Shown here in pieces: positions 12,773-25,430 of a stretch of DNA of 64,000 nt. Source of the stretch: Squalus acanthias (Eukaryota). Within the stretch, counting starts at the first letter, position 1, and the number at the start of each line of letters is the position of its first letter. The stretch is from the NCBI GenBank assembly GCA_030390025.1, contig CM059432.1, positions 66,714,001-66,778,000 of the forward strand. Direction: 5' to 3'. A program made the position numbers and the translations under genes. The notes under the pieces were generated by a model. It was given only the letters and a program-made list of their open reading frames with translations, did not search any database and was not told the origin of the DNA.

Positions 12773-14654
12773 CCTTGGCAGCAAAATGGATTCACAGGTC
12801 TCTCCAGGCCGAGATTCAAGGCTGCAATGAGCAGGGTGTGGCTGGGGAGCAAGTTGCCCCCCCCCCGCTTTAAGAACTGGCCGGCGCCAGTGTGTCTGTG
12901 TTCCCTCGCTAACTGGCAGCACCTGCGCTGCGCTCGCGCGCTGAGTCAGCGCCTCACTGCTCGGCCTTTGCGCCTTAAGACAGGTGTGCAGTGCCTGATT
13001 TAGCGCTCCACTCACCTCCCGGGGCGGTAAAAGTGAAGTTTCCAGTCAGTGGCGATAATTAGCGCCAGGCGCTAATATTTGCGTCCAGACGATATTTGCA
13101 CCCCAAACGGGGTGCAACCTAATTTTTCCCCCATTGTGAATTGCTGGGGTCCAAGGACCGATCCCTGTGGTACCCCACTAGTCACTGCCTGCCACTCGGA
13201 AAAAGACCTGTTTATTCCAACACTTTGCTTTCTGTCTGACAACCAGTTCTCTATCCAAGTCAATACCTTGCCCCCAATCCCATGTGCCTTAACTTTACAC
13301 GCTAATCTCTTATGCGGGACCTTATTAAAAGCCTTTTGCAAGTCCAAATACACCACATCCGCTGGTTCTCCCTTATCTATTTTACCAGTTACATCCTCAA
13401 AAAATTGCAGTAGATTAGTCAAGCATGATTTACCTTTTGTAAATCTATGTTGACTTTGTCCGATCCTGTCACTGTTTTCCAAGTGCTCAGCTATTACATC
13501 TTTTATAATGGACTCTAGCATTTTCCCCACTACCAATGTCATTCTTACCAGTCTGTAATTCCCCGTTTTCTCTCTACCACCCTTTTTGAATAGTGGGGTA
13601 ACATTAGCTACCCTCCAATCCATGGGTACTGTTCCAGATTTCATCGAATGTTGGAAGATGATCAGCAATGCATCTACTATTTCTAGGGCCACTTCCTTAA
13701 GTACCCTAGGATGTAGATTATCAGGCCCTGAGGATTTATCGGCCTTCAATCCCTTCAATTTCCCTAACACCATTTCCCTACAAATACTGATTTCTTTCAG
13801 TTCCTCCCTTTCATCAGACCCTATGTTCGCCAACATCTCTGGGAGAATATTTATGTCCTCCTTTGTGAAGACAGAACCAAAATATGTATTTAATTGGTCT
13901 GACATTTCTTTGTTCCCCATTATAAGTTCCCCTGATTCTGACTGCAAGGGACCTATGCTTGATTTCACTAATCTTTTTCTCTTCACATATCTATAAAAGC
14001 TTTTACAGTCAGTTTTTATGTTCCCTGTAAGCTTCCTCTCGTATTCTATTTTCCCCTTCTTAATTAATCCCTTTGTCCTCCTTTGTTGAATCTTAAACTG
14101 CTCCCAATTCTCAGGGTTACTGCTTTTTCTGGCCAATTTATATGTCATCTCCTTGGATCTTATGCTATCCCTAATTTCCCTTGTTAGCCACGGTTGAGTC
14201 ACCCTTTTTGTTTTATTCTTATGCCAAACTGGGATGAACAAATTCTGTAGTTCGTCCATGCGGTCTTTGAATGTTTGCCATTGCCCATCCACCGTCAAAC
14301 CTTTGAGTGACATTCCCCAATCAATCCTACCCAACTTGCACCTCATACCATCGTAGTTTCCTTTATTAAATTCAGGACCCTAGTCTCTGAGTCAACTACT
14401 TCACTCTCCATCCTAATGAAGAATTCTATCATATTATGATCGCTCTGACCCAAGGGGCCTCGCACAACAAGATTGCTAATTAATCCTTTCTCATTGCATA
14501 ATACCCAGTCTAATATGACCTGATCTCTGGTTGGTTCCTCAACATATTGGTCCAGGAAACCATCCCGTAAGCACTCCAGGAATTCCTCCTCCATAGTATT
14601 GTTACTAATTTGGTTAGCCCAATCTATATGTAGATTAAAGTCACCCATGATGAC

Positions 14655-17212
14655 TGCTGTGTTAACTTTCTCTTACATGTGCTTCTACGTGGTGCTTCCC
14701 CTGTGGCTTCAGCAGACGTGGAGGCACCTTGCTCACTTCCATGCTGCTCTTGCTTTGACACGTTTGGCGGGCGTCCTCTGGGTTTGGGAGCCTGGGAGGG
14801 CTCGGCAACAGTCTGCTCCTCCTGCGGCTGTGCAGGGGCTAAGACAGCCATCTCAGTTGGGTGAGGAATCTGGGGCTTTAACCAAGGGCCCCGCAGTGGC
14901 ATGGGAGTATGAGCGCTTGGAGAGGAGCCCACACTTCCTTGTTGTCGACCGCCAACATCCCTCTCATGGGTTGCCCGCACTTCACTGCTAGCAAGTAGCT
15001 GGAGAGCACCTTGCTGCACATCAGTGGGGCCATGAGGACCCAATGCTGTACTGACAGTCCTCATAATGGGGACGTCCATGTACCTCTGGTATCTCTCCTC
15101 AATAGCTGCCCATCTATCCTCCATAGCAGACCATCTATTTAGAAGAGTCACCATGATCTGTTGAGTCTGGTGACTTATGTCCTCCAAGGAGGTTGCCACC
15201 CTCTCCATGGCGGCACGTTCATGCGCCATTGCCTCCACCATGGCATGGCTTATGTTTGAGATGGACTCCTCCATTCTCTGCACTCTTGCAGTTACCGTGG
15301 ATGCAAAACCTGTCAGAGACTCCTGCACTTGTTGCTGAAGTTCCAGCACCGCTCTCTTTCTGGATGGCCGCAGAGGCACAGGGTCCATATGCAGCTGAGC
15401 AGAGCTAGGAGAATCCTGCAACCTCCGACGAGGACTCTCCACTGCTGTCCCTGTCTCTACCATCTGCTGATGCTCACTTGTAAGCTGTGATACACCAGGT
15501 GACAACATTACTCTCTCGCAAATGACCCACCGAGGTGTGCGTCTCTGCATTGGTGCTGGGTGCGCTCAATTCTGCTGACACTGCTCCCTCAGAGGTTGCA
15601 GCTTCCTCTGAGGAGTCTTCCGGCTCTTCCTCCTGGACAGTGGGGAGAGGAGCTCTCGATGGTCCTGTGGGGGAGTAAAGGCATGAGTTAGACATGTGAT
15701 ATGAACATAGCAGGCACATCGAATTGTGCAAATGATCAGAATTCAATCTGTATGAACTTCAGATGCCATATCAGTTACTCATGCAATCTAAATGAGAGGG
15801 ATGTAAATCTATTCTGTCACCAGCTTGCTCTACTGCACCTGTCTCTCCGTCCCCCACTTCCAGATCCTCAGCAGCTCCGACGATGTCGAGAGCAGCCTCC
15901 TCAGCGGTGGTCAAGTGGGCAATCGAAAGTGGCCCTCCTCCTGTCCTGCCCCTCTCCCTCTTATTGTGGGCTCTCTTTTCCTGCAATGAGGGACACAAGT
16001 GGAGGTTGAGTGAGAATGTTGGAGTGAGTGTAGAGAATCCATAGCATAGATGCTTTGAGGGAGACAAAGATGGCGTGAGGTGCCAATACCAAGGGCCCTC
16101 CCTGTGCGTTGTTAGTTGTTGTCATTGCATAACAGTAATAGCGAGTGTGAGGGGTGCATAGTAGAATAGTGAAGTGATTCTATACATAGAGAGAGAGGGA
16201 TGGTTAAGGGCGCAAGGGATGTAAGGGTAAAGTAGGACGTGCAGGAGTAGGTTGACAATGCAGAGTGCTGGTGATGAGAGGAGATGGGGAGCAGATTGAA
16301 GGTAAGTGTGATGTTATACTCACTTTTTCTGTGCATAGCAGGTCTGATGGAGTAAATTAGGACTTAAAGTTAAAGAATGTAATACAAAAGTTAAATGTAA
16401 CACAGTTCGATGGAAAATGTCTGTGATTAACATGTGTACGTGCAAGGGGATAACCAGACAGCCATACCAGACAAAGCTGACCACATTTCGATGTTTATAG
16501 TTTCGGTTAAGAAGCAAAAACCCCCTGTGTTCTAATTATTTGTTGTTGCTAAGGGAACATGATTGGATGATGTAATGTATAAAAGAAGTTTTGATACCAC
16601 TGTAAAGACGAGAAGAAGTTAACCTGATCACGGGGATCTATGAATTCTTCTCCCAGAACGCTCTGTTAAATAAACTGTGATCTTCTGCTTTAAGACAGAC
16701 TCGAGTGAATTCATTTTTCACCAACAAGGTCATTGAACCTTTCCTGCACTGAACCCAGGTGCAACCATACAAAGACCTGGTGCTCACCTGTTCAGTAATT
16801 TGCAGCCAGGCTGCTTTGGTTTGCTGAGGAGGCTTCCTCTGTCCATTTCAGGGGAACAGTACCTCTTGGTACCCTCTCACTCCCTCCACAAGAGCATGGG
16901 GGGAGTCATCATCAAATCTGGGACATGCCTTGGGCCTTGCAACAGACATTTTCAGAAGTACCACAACGAGAAACAGCAGGAAAGGATGGATCAAAAACAA
17001 GGCTGCATGGACCCCTTAAATGCAGCTGGCTGAGAGATGTCAGCATAGGCGAGCAGCAGACCGAACCCACTGATTGTTGTGCGCGCTATCGGCCCAATCA
17101 GCCACTTAAGCTAAAATCTTAATTCCAGGGCGGCTGAAACCGGCAGCGGGACCGGAACCCGCCGATCATCAAAGCCACCTCTAACCTGCCTCCACTTGGA
17201 ATTTCGCGGCCC
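14655..17212 (-). mobile_element. Degenerate Harbinger element B (Myb gene and right end only)
   Basis: Myb last exon ORF 14624-15550, exon 2 ORF 15771-16067 (EKRAHNKRERGRTGGG), exon 1 with an in-frame stop and an LTR insertion; ends AATTTCGCGGCCC; introns closely match element C. Confidence 0.85.
16345..16726 (+). mobile_element. Solo LTR (382 bp)
   Basis: TG..CA termini, 5-bp TSD AGGTC (16340-16344 and 16727-16731), TATAAAA near 16578 and AATAAA near 16669; interrupts Myb exon 1. Confidence 0.85.
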
Positions 17213-18160
17213 ATGTGTCTGTATTCACGGAAGAAGACACAAAAAACTTCCCGGAAATAGTGGACAACCAAGGGTCTAGCGAGAATGAGGAACTGAAAGA
17301 TATTAGTATTAGTAAAAAAGTAATACTGCAGAAATTAATGGCACTGAAAGCCGATAGATCCCCTGGACCTGATGGCCTACATCCTAGGGTTTTGAAAGAG
17401 TTAGCTATAAAGATAGTGGATGCATTGGTTGTCATTTTCCAAAATTCCATAGATTTTAGAACGGTTCCCATGGATTGGAGGTAGCAAATGTAACCCCACT
17501 ATTTAAGAAAGGAGGGAGAGAGAAAACGGGGAACTACAGACCAGTTAGCCTGACATCAGTTGTCGGGAAAATGCTGGAATCTATTATTAAGGACGTGGTA
17601 ACAGGGCACTTAGAAAATAATAATGGGATTGGGCAGAGTCAACACGGATTTATGAAAGGGAAATCATGTTCGGCAAATCTGTTGGAGTTTTTTGAGGTTG
17701 TAACTAACAGAATAGATAAGGGGGAACCAGTGGATGTGGTGTATTTGGATTTTCAGGCAGCATTCAATAAGGTGCCACACAAGAGGTTATTAAACAAAAT
17801 TAGGGCTCATGGGATTGGGGTAATATACTAGCTACAAGGGTTATCAAAATCAATACAAAAATTTTTTACAATTACATTAGGAAAAAGAAGGTAGTCAGGA
17901 GCAATGTTGGCCCCTTAAAAATGGATATCGGTGATATTATCAATGATAATAAGGAAATGGCGGACATGTTGAATAATTTCCTTGCATCAGTATTTACAAT
18001 AGAAGAAGAGGATAGTAGAAGAAGAGGATTTTTGTTAACCAAAGGTATTGAGGGATATGGGCCAAAGGCAGGAAGATGGAGTTAGGTCACAGATCAGCCA
18101 TGATCTCATTGAATGGCAGAACAGGCTCGAGGAGCTGAAAGACCTGCTCCTGTTTCTATG
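17213..18160 (+). mobile_element. Rearranged CR1 ORF2 fragments and 3' tail
   Basis: ORFs 17215-17484 (SPGPDGLHPRVLKE) and 17475-17831 (NYRPVSLTSVVGK, YLDFQAAF). Confidence 0.9.
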
Positions 18161-20550
18161 TTTCTGTATCCTTCCTCAGATAAGGAGATCAAAATTGTGC
18201 ATAGTACTTCAGGTGTGGTCTCCCCAAAGCCCTGCACAACTGTAACAAGACTTCCTTACTCTTGTACTCCAACCCCTTTGCTGTTTGCCTTCCTAATTGC
18301 TTGCTGTACCTGTCTGCTAACTATTTTTTCCTGTACGAGGACACCTAAATCTCTCTGAACACCAACATTTAATAGTTTCTCACCATTTAAAAAAGATTCT
18401 GTTTTTCTCTTCTTCCTACCAAAGTGAATAACCTCATATTTCCTCACACTATACTCCATCTGCCAACTTATTGCCCACTCGCTTAACCTGTCTATATCTC
18501 TTTGCAGGCTCTTTGTGTCCTCCTCAAAGCTTACTTTCCCACCTAGCTTTGTATCATCAGCAAATTTGGATACATTACACTCGGTCCCTTTATCTAAGTC
18601 ATTAATATAAATTGTAAATAGCTGAGGCCCAAGTAATGATCCTTGCGGCACCCCACTAGTTACAGCCTGCCAACCTGAAAATGACCTGTTTATCCCTACT
18701 TTCCATCCGTTAACCAATCATCTATCCATGCTAATATATTACCCCAAATCCCATGAGCCCTTATCTTGTGTAACTTCCTTCTATGTGGAATCTTATCGAA
18801 TGCCTTTTAGAATTCCAAATATACTACATCCACTGGTTCCACTATATCTACTCTGTTAGTTACATCTTCAAAAAACTCTACTAAATTTGTAAAACACGAT
18901 TTTCCTTTCATAAAACCATGTTGGCTCTGCCTAATCATATTATGATTTTCTAAGTGCCCTGTTACGACTTCCTTAATAATGGATTCCAGCATTTTCCCAA
19001 TGACTGATGCCAGGCTAACTGGCCTGCAGTTCCCTGTTTTCTCTTTCCCTCCTTTCTTGAATACTGGGTTTGCATTTGCTACCTTCCAGTCCTCTGGGAC
19101 CATTCTAGAACCAAAGAATTTTGGAAGATCACAACTAATGCATCCATTATCTCTGTAGCCACCTGTTTTAGAATCCTAGGATGTAAGCCATCAGGTCCAG
19201 GGGATTTGTTGGCTTTTAGTCCCATTAGTTTCTCATGTACATTTTCTCTACTGGTCTTAATTACTTTAAGTACCTCATAGCCCTTGGTTCCCCACTATTT
19301 TTGGTATGGTTTTTGTGTTTTCTACTGTGAAGACAGATACAAAATATTTGTTTAATTTCTCTGCCATTTCCTTATTACCCATTATAATTTGTCCTGTCTC
19401 AGCCTCTAAGGGACCAATGCTTTCTTTTCTACTCTCTTCCTTTTTACATACTTGTAGTAGCCCTTACAATCTGTTTTTATATTTCTTGTTAGCTTATTCT
19501 CATATTCTATTTTCTCCTTTTTTATCAATTTCCAAAGCTCTCCCAATCCTCAGGCTTACTACTCTTCTTCACAACATTATAAGACTCTTCTTTTAATCTA
19601 ATACTATCCTTAACTCTTTAGTTAGCCACGGATGGATCACTTTTCCCGTGGAGTCTATATTTCTCAATGGAATGTATATTAGTTGATAATTTTGGAATAT
19701 TTATTTAAATGTTTGCCACTGCTTATCTACCGTCCTACCATTTAATCTAATTTCCCAATCTAACTTAGCCAATTCACCCCTCTTAACTATGTAATTGGCT
19801 TTGTTTAAGTTTAAGACTCTAGTTTTGGACTTAGAATTTCTCATAGGGTTTGAAAGTGAAATACTTGTCATATTATGATCACTCTTCCCAAGAGGATCCT
19901 TTACTATGAGATTACTAATTAACCATGTCTCATTACACAATACAAGATCGAGAATAGCCTGTTCCCTGGTTGGTTCCACCACGTATTGTCTCAAATGCAT
20001 TCCATGAACTCGTTCTCCAGTCCACCTTTGCCAATTTGATTTGTTCAGTCTATATGAAGATTAAAATCCCGCACTATTATTGAATTACCTTTGTTATAAG
20101 TTCCTATCATTTGTTGATTAATACTCAGTCCAATGGCATAGCTACAGTTAGGGGGCCTATAAAATGCTTCCACCAGTGTTTTTTGCCCCTTGTTATTTTT
20201 TATCTTCACCTATTCTGATTCTACTTCCTGTTTGTCCAAGCCAAGATCCTTTCTCACTACGGTCCTTATATCATCCTTTATTATCAGGGCTAACCCCCCA
20301 CCCACTTTTCCATTCTGCCTGTATTTTTGAAACATCAATTACCCGGAAATATTTAGATCTCAGCTTTGGTCACCTTGCAACCACGTCTCTGTAATGGCTA
20401 TTAGATCAAACCCATTTATCCCTAATTGTGCCATTAATTCATCTATCTTGTTATGCATGCTTCATGCATTCAGTTAAAGAGCCTTTAATTTTAACTTCTT
20501 GCCATTATTTTCTGCTTTCACCTTATTCGCTGATACGCTATTATCATTAA
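18161..20550 (-). mobile_element. Degenerate CR1 ORF2
   Basis: ORFs 19701-20000 (EPTR..ILDLVL..SDHN), 18807-19103 and 18256-18717 (GVPQGS, FADDTK). Confidence 0.9.
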
Positions 20551-20557
20551 ACTCCCT

Positions 20558-22867
20558 GGGGGAAAAATTCATCCCATTAGTGCCTCCTGTTAGCGCCAGT
20601 AGATGGCTCTAATGGGGCATTAGACCAATATTGCCGGGGCGAGGTGAATCCAGCACCACACTCAAAATCAGCTCTCCCCATAGCCCCACCAGTAAGAGGT
20701 ATCCATGGGAATGTCAATGCCAGGTAGATTGTGACGTCAGTGAGTGTGCAACTGTCACTGACTGCCCGATTTGCAAAATTGATTCTCGTCACTTACCTCA
20801 CTGCCTGGAGTAAACACCGACAGGGAGAGCTGGCATGCAGCACCAGGAAGCCGGCTTCAGGAATGTTATTTAAAGAGATCATCAGTAAGCAGGTTAGTGC
20901 AGTTTCAGTGGATTTTTGTTAGTTTCACCCATCGCAGCAGTTTCATTCAGTAATTTTAAGGTTCTTTTGTATCAGGAGTCTTCTAGCAACTAAAAAGTAG
21001 TTAGATTTATTCTTCAAAGATTCAAACTGCTACACTTGGTAACATTAATGGGGGAAGAGCTGTCATGCCACTTCACCCTCGAGGATCTACGGCGGAGGGA
21101 GCATAGGCAGTAAGAAATATGGGAACATGTGCGCAGAGGGAGGAGGAGGGCCATCAGAGCTCTCACCAGGCATTACCCTCTGAGGATATTCCGAGAGCAC
21201 TTCTCCTACCTTTAATGAAGGGAGGAGCAGTGTATTAGAAGGCTTTGCTTCAGCAAGGAGGTGGTCACAGAACTCTGCCACCTCCTGCAACCAGACCTCC
21301 AGTCTCAGATCAGGGCGACCACGGCTCTCTCAGTGGCAGTCAAGGTCACTGTGGCCCTCAATTTCTTCGACTGTGGATCCTTTCAGTCTGCAACAGGAGA
21401 CATAGCTAACATCTCCCAGTTCACCATCCATCGCTGCATCCGGGAGGTCACTGAGGCTCTCTACAGCAGGAGAAGGAATTACATTGGCTTCCCGATCACC
21501 AGAGAGAAGCAGGACGAACATGCATGCGGCTTTGCCGGGATAGCGGGCTTCCCCATGGTGCAGGGCACCATCGACTGCACCCATGTGGCTTTGCGGGCAC
21601 CGCATAACAATCCTGCGATCTTCCATAACCGCAAAGGCTACCACTCACTTAATGTGTAGTTGGTGTGCGACCACGCACAACGAATCCTTAATGTCAATGC
21701 CCGCTATCCTGGCAGCAGCCACGATGCCATCATCCTGCGACAGACTGATGTGCCAATACTCTTCCAGCCACCACGTCAAGCTCAAAGGTGGTTGCTCAGA
21801 GACAAAGCCCATCCGCTCTCCACCTGGTACATGACTCCCCTCCGCAACCCTAACACTCGTGCCTAGCACTCATACAATGAGAGCCATGCTGCCACCAGGA
21901 ACATCATCGAGCGGAACATCAGCTTATTGAAGCAACAGTTCCACTGACTTGACCACTCAGGAGGAGCCCTCCTGTACTTGGTGGAGCAGGAGTCCCATTT
22001 TGTGGTGGTCTGCTGCATGTTCTACAACTTGGCCATCCTGAGGGTGCAGCCCTTGCCAGCAGAGATTGCGAGACCACCTCAGGAGAGGAAGAGGCAGAGG
22101 AGGATGAGGATGAGGTGGAGGGTGAGGAGGAAGAGCAAGAGGAGGGAGGGAGGAGGCAGCGAGACAATCGGCCTTCTGGATGGGCTGTCTGTGACCAGTT
22201 CATCAGACTCTGATTCACATGAATGAAACACAGATCCCCATAGCTCACTACACCCCCATCATACAATCCCTGTCTCATGGCGTATCATAGCTTCCTCCTG
22301 GGCGCAAAGGTGAAATGAGAGAGACCACAAAATATTCCAAACACCATTAATGAATTTATCGATAAACTTATCACACATATCACATGAATTCGAATAACTA
22401 ATGACCTTTGTGCCTGCCATAGTTGAATAGCTGTCATTGTGTGCAAGGTGTGAAATGTGAGTGTGAGTGCTAGTAGGTAAAGATTGTTGGTAGGTGAGTG
22501 CTGGAGTTGTGAAATTTGGGCAGTGTGTGAAGACTGTGGTACAGATGGTGGTATGTAGCATTTGTTGAAGCATTCACTCACCCTGACCACCCGAATGAGG
22601 TCGTTAAATTTCTTCCTGCACTGTGTGTGGATCCTGGGAACCACCGTGCTGCCCGATACGTGTTGCACTACCTCCCTCCACATGGTGTGGAAGACTTGTG
22701 GTGAAGGCCTCCTGCCACTTGCTGGGTAAAGCACTGCCCTCCATCTCTCCACAGTGAAAACCAGTGCCTCTGATGCTTCATTGGAGAATCTGCGGGCTCT
22801 CTCCCTGGGGCGTGGATCTGCCATGAATACACCTGGTTCAGTCCTCCGGCTCCTTCTCCTTCTCCTT
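20558..22867 (+). mobile_element. Degenerate Harbinger element G (transposase pseudogene ~21048-22226 on +, Myb exon 1 on -, exons 2-3 deleted)
   Basis: Left TIR GGGGGAAAAATT is identical to the reverse complement of the copy 1/2 right TIR; ORF 21261-21659 has GFPMVQGTIDCTHVALRAP; ORF 22285-22920 has the SANT domain. Confidence 0.88.
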
Positions 22868-23373
22868 CTGTGATAGTTTAGTTCACGGGAGGGTGTTTTT
22901 AGGCCGTGGTAAGTCAGCACAGCAAGGGCTTGTTGGACAAGTCAGGGTTGTACTGTTTTAAACTGTACTGTTGTGTTCACACCGCTCGTACTGTATGCGA
23001 GTGGAGTGGTTTTTGTCAACCTTAATTCTCTGTAACCAGTTTTTGAGGTGGCCAATTTCCTATAGGCCCTGCCGCAATCGCCAATTATTATAAGTGGTTT
23101 CGCCCCACCCGTAGCGAGCACACAAACCCCCTTACTACAAGTTCTGGACGATAGGGATTACTGAGGACAGATTTGAACACGGACAGCGTTTTCGGGCTCA
23201 CCCGTACAGTGTTTATTAAGGTTGATGAAAACCACTCCACTCGCATACAGTACGAGCGGTGTGAACACAACAGTACAGTTTAAAACAGTACAACCCTGAC
23301 TTGTTCAACAAGCCCCTGCCATGCTGACTTACCATGGCCTAAAAACACCCTCCCGTGAACTAAACTATCACAG
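22868..23373. repeat. Long inverted repeat: 159-bp arms (22868-23026 and 23215-23373), 188-bp spacer
   Basis: Hand alignment gives 7 mismatches in 159 bp. Confidence 0.92.
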
Positions 23374-24003
23374 GACCCTTCCATCGCTAAACCCCCTCTG
23401 GTTTGGTAGGAACATACAGGCACCCCCTCACACAGCTAAGTGACCTTGTGGGTGTGTAGGCTTGGCAATGCTCACCTAGATTGCCCTTTGATCTTGCTTG
23501 CAGCTTCCTCCCGTACGTCTCAGCTATCTGCTTCCGTACCGGCCTTGCGGCATGAGAGTCCCCGCCTTAGTCGAAGTCTGTCTCGGTTGGAAGAGCAAGG
23601 CTCTGCTCCTCTTGACGTTCCGTTGTGTGGAGGGCAGGAGAGAGAGAGAGAGAGAGAGCTATCCAAACTGCTCTCTGATATACCCCCCCAATACACAGAC
23701 CGCTGTCTGTTGTTTTAATGGACACATGGCCTCAGGGAAATGGTTTCCAGGCTTCCTCCCAGGTTTGGATGGTTTTCGATCTCCCAGCCGATTAACTTAA
23801 CGAGCTCACCTTCTCCAGAAACAATGAGTCGCCAGCCTTGTTATTCAAGACTTGGAGTGGGCCTCTCGGGCCATTGTGCCCAAGGACTGTTCATTTCCAT
23901 ACGAATGCAACCTGGTTACGTGGGTCACCTTCAGCTTGAGTGGTTTTCCACTGCTTCCCCCCAAACAGCCTGTCCAGTTTTTAATAAGGGTATATGTTCA
24001 TAA
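23070..24003 (-). mobile_element. Probable LTR followed by a PBS-like TGGCGA
   Basis: On the minus strand: TATA-like TATATC near 23680, AATAAA at 23217-23212, then TGGCGATTGCGGC starting near 23085. Termini are degenerate and no TSD was found. Confidence 0.5.
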
Positions 24004-24961
24004 TCTAAAAATCCATGGAGTCTGCGCCGACTGCTACACATTCTACCGCCATAACTTTGGTGGAAATTCAGCGGAAGTCCTGATTATACACATAAATGAA
24101 ATTTCCACTGAACATCCACTGAAGTTACGATGGCAGAGCAGGAGAAGCCCCGAGACAATCTCTTGCAATGTTTCCAGTAACTTTTTATTACTGTGGTGTT
24201 TTAAGTTGGAGGTTTTCTGGCATTTCTGAAATTGTTATTACGAGAATTTGTGGAATTAATTTTTGGAGGACAACTTATATTCACTCATTACCATAAGTTA
24301 AACATCCCCCCCTCAAAAAAAATGCCTCATTTGGCAAAGGCCGTCAAAAGGTTGAAATGACTTTAAAACCTTTCTAAAAGCTGTTAGCATTTTTTCCCTT
24401 TTTTGCATCCACTTGTCTTTAAGTGGTTACGTCTTTAAGTTTCTACTAAATTACATTTTACAGTCCACCATTAGGCTAGTTCTCGGTATAAGAGTAAAGC
24501 TGCAATGGGGCTGTGAATAATTATGGAACATGAGCTGTCTCCGGACAATTGGGTAAAATCAACACATACAGGGGCCATTGGCGCATTAAGTATCGCTTGG
24601 ACAGAGAGGTAGAGAGGAAAATTGAGCAAGGATGATTGTATACCAATAACAGAGCCTGCCTGATCTTCCTTTCATTTAACCTAAAGGAAGGAATATCACA
24701 TGAGCTCTGTAACAGGTGTGCAATCCTCCTCGCCAATTTTGCTCTCTGGAGTCTGTCCAGATGATGCTTAACCCTCAGGCAGTAAAGAGGAAGTTTCTGG
24801 CACTGACTTCTTCTGTGTACAGAGCTGACACACCAAGGTGTTGGTATTTCATTACATGACTGCTTGCCAGAGCAAATGTTTCCAATCAAATTACAAAGTG
24901 CTGTTTGGCAGTAAACTGAAAACCGAAAGGCTCAAAAAATGAGTTCATAGAATCAGAAGCA

Positions 24962-25312
24962 AGTTGTTATGATCTGCAATGCACTGCCTGAAAGGATGGT
25001 AGAAACAGATTCAGTAATAACTTTCAAAAATGAATTGAACAACTACTTGAAAAGGAAAAATGTGCAGGGCTGTGGGGAAAGAGGGGGGGAGTGGGACTTG
25101 TTGGATAGCTCTTTCAAAGAGCCAGAACAGGCGCGATGGGCCGAATGGCCTTCTCTGTGCTGTATGATTCTATGATTGTCACAGAATCTTACAACACAGC
25201 AGGAAGCCATTCGGCCCATCGTGCCTGTGCTGGCTCTTTGAAAGAGCTATCCAATTAGTCCCACTCCCCCACTCTTTCCCCATAGCCCTGCAAATTGTTT
25301 CCTTTTCAAGTA
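24962..25312. mobile_element. Two CR1 3' ends in tail-to-tail inverted arrangement
   Basis: Plus copy ends TATGATTCTATGA near 25175; minus copy starts TCACAGAATC near 25179; about 130 bp are mutually complementary. Confidence 0.85.
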
Positions 25313-25317
25313 TATAC

Positions 25318-25430
25318 AGCAACAAGAACTTGCATTTATATAGCACCTTTAATGTAGTAAAACATCCAAAGGCACTTCACAGGAGTGTTAACAGAACAAA
25401 TTTGACACTGAGCCACATGAGATATTAGGA
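25318..25430 (-). mobile_element. L2 3' tail fragment
   Basis: CTTGCATTTATATAGCACCTTT..AAATTTGACACTGAGCCAC is the reverse complement of the tail at 4680-4785. Confidence 0.75.

Larger units (their letters stand above)
9021..13132 (+). mobile_element. Full-length young PIF/Harbinger transposon, copy 1 (4112 bp)
   Basis: TIRs GGGGTAAAAATT and AATTTTTCCCCC (11/12 match); ATT duplication at 9018-9020 and 13133-13135; convergent transposase and Myb genes. Confidence 0.97.
8032..14650 (-). mobile_element. CR1 LINE ORF2 (partial endonuclease, RT, 3' tail), split by Harbinger copy 1
   Basis: ORFs 14343-14648 (MGDFN..LDWVL..SDHN), 13072-14346 (RT N-terminal half) and 8132-8941 (C-terminus). Removing 9021-13135 restores continuous CR1 sequence. 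Confidence 0.95.

Noticed and set aside
5680..17212. Elements A and B as one composite transposon
   Set aside because: The flanking triplets (TAT, ATG) do not match, and the flanking CR1 pieces differ in orientation and position.
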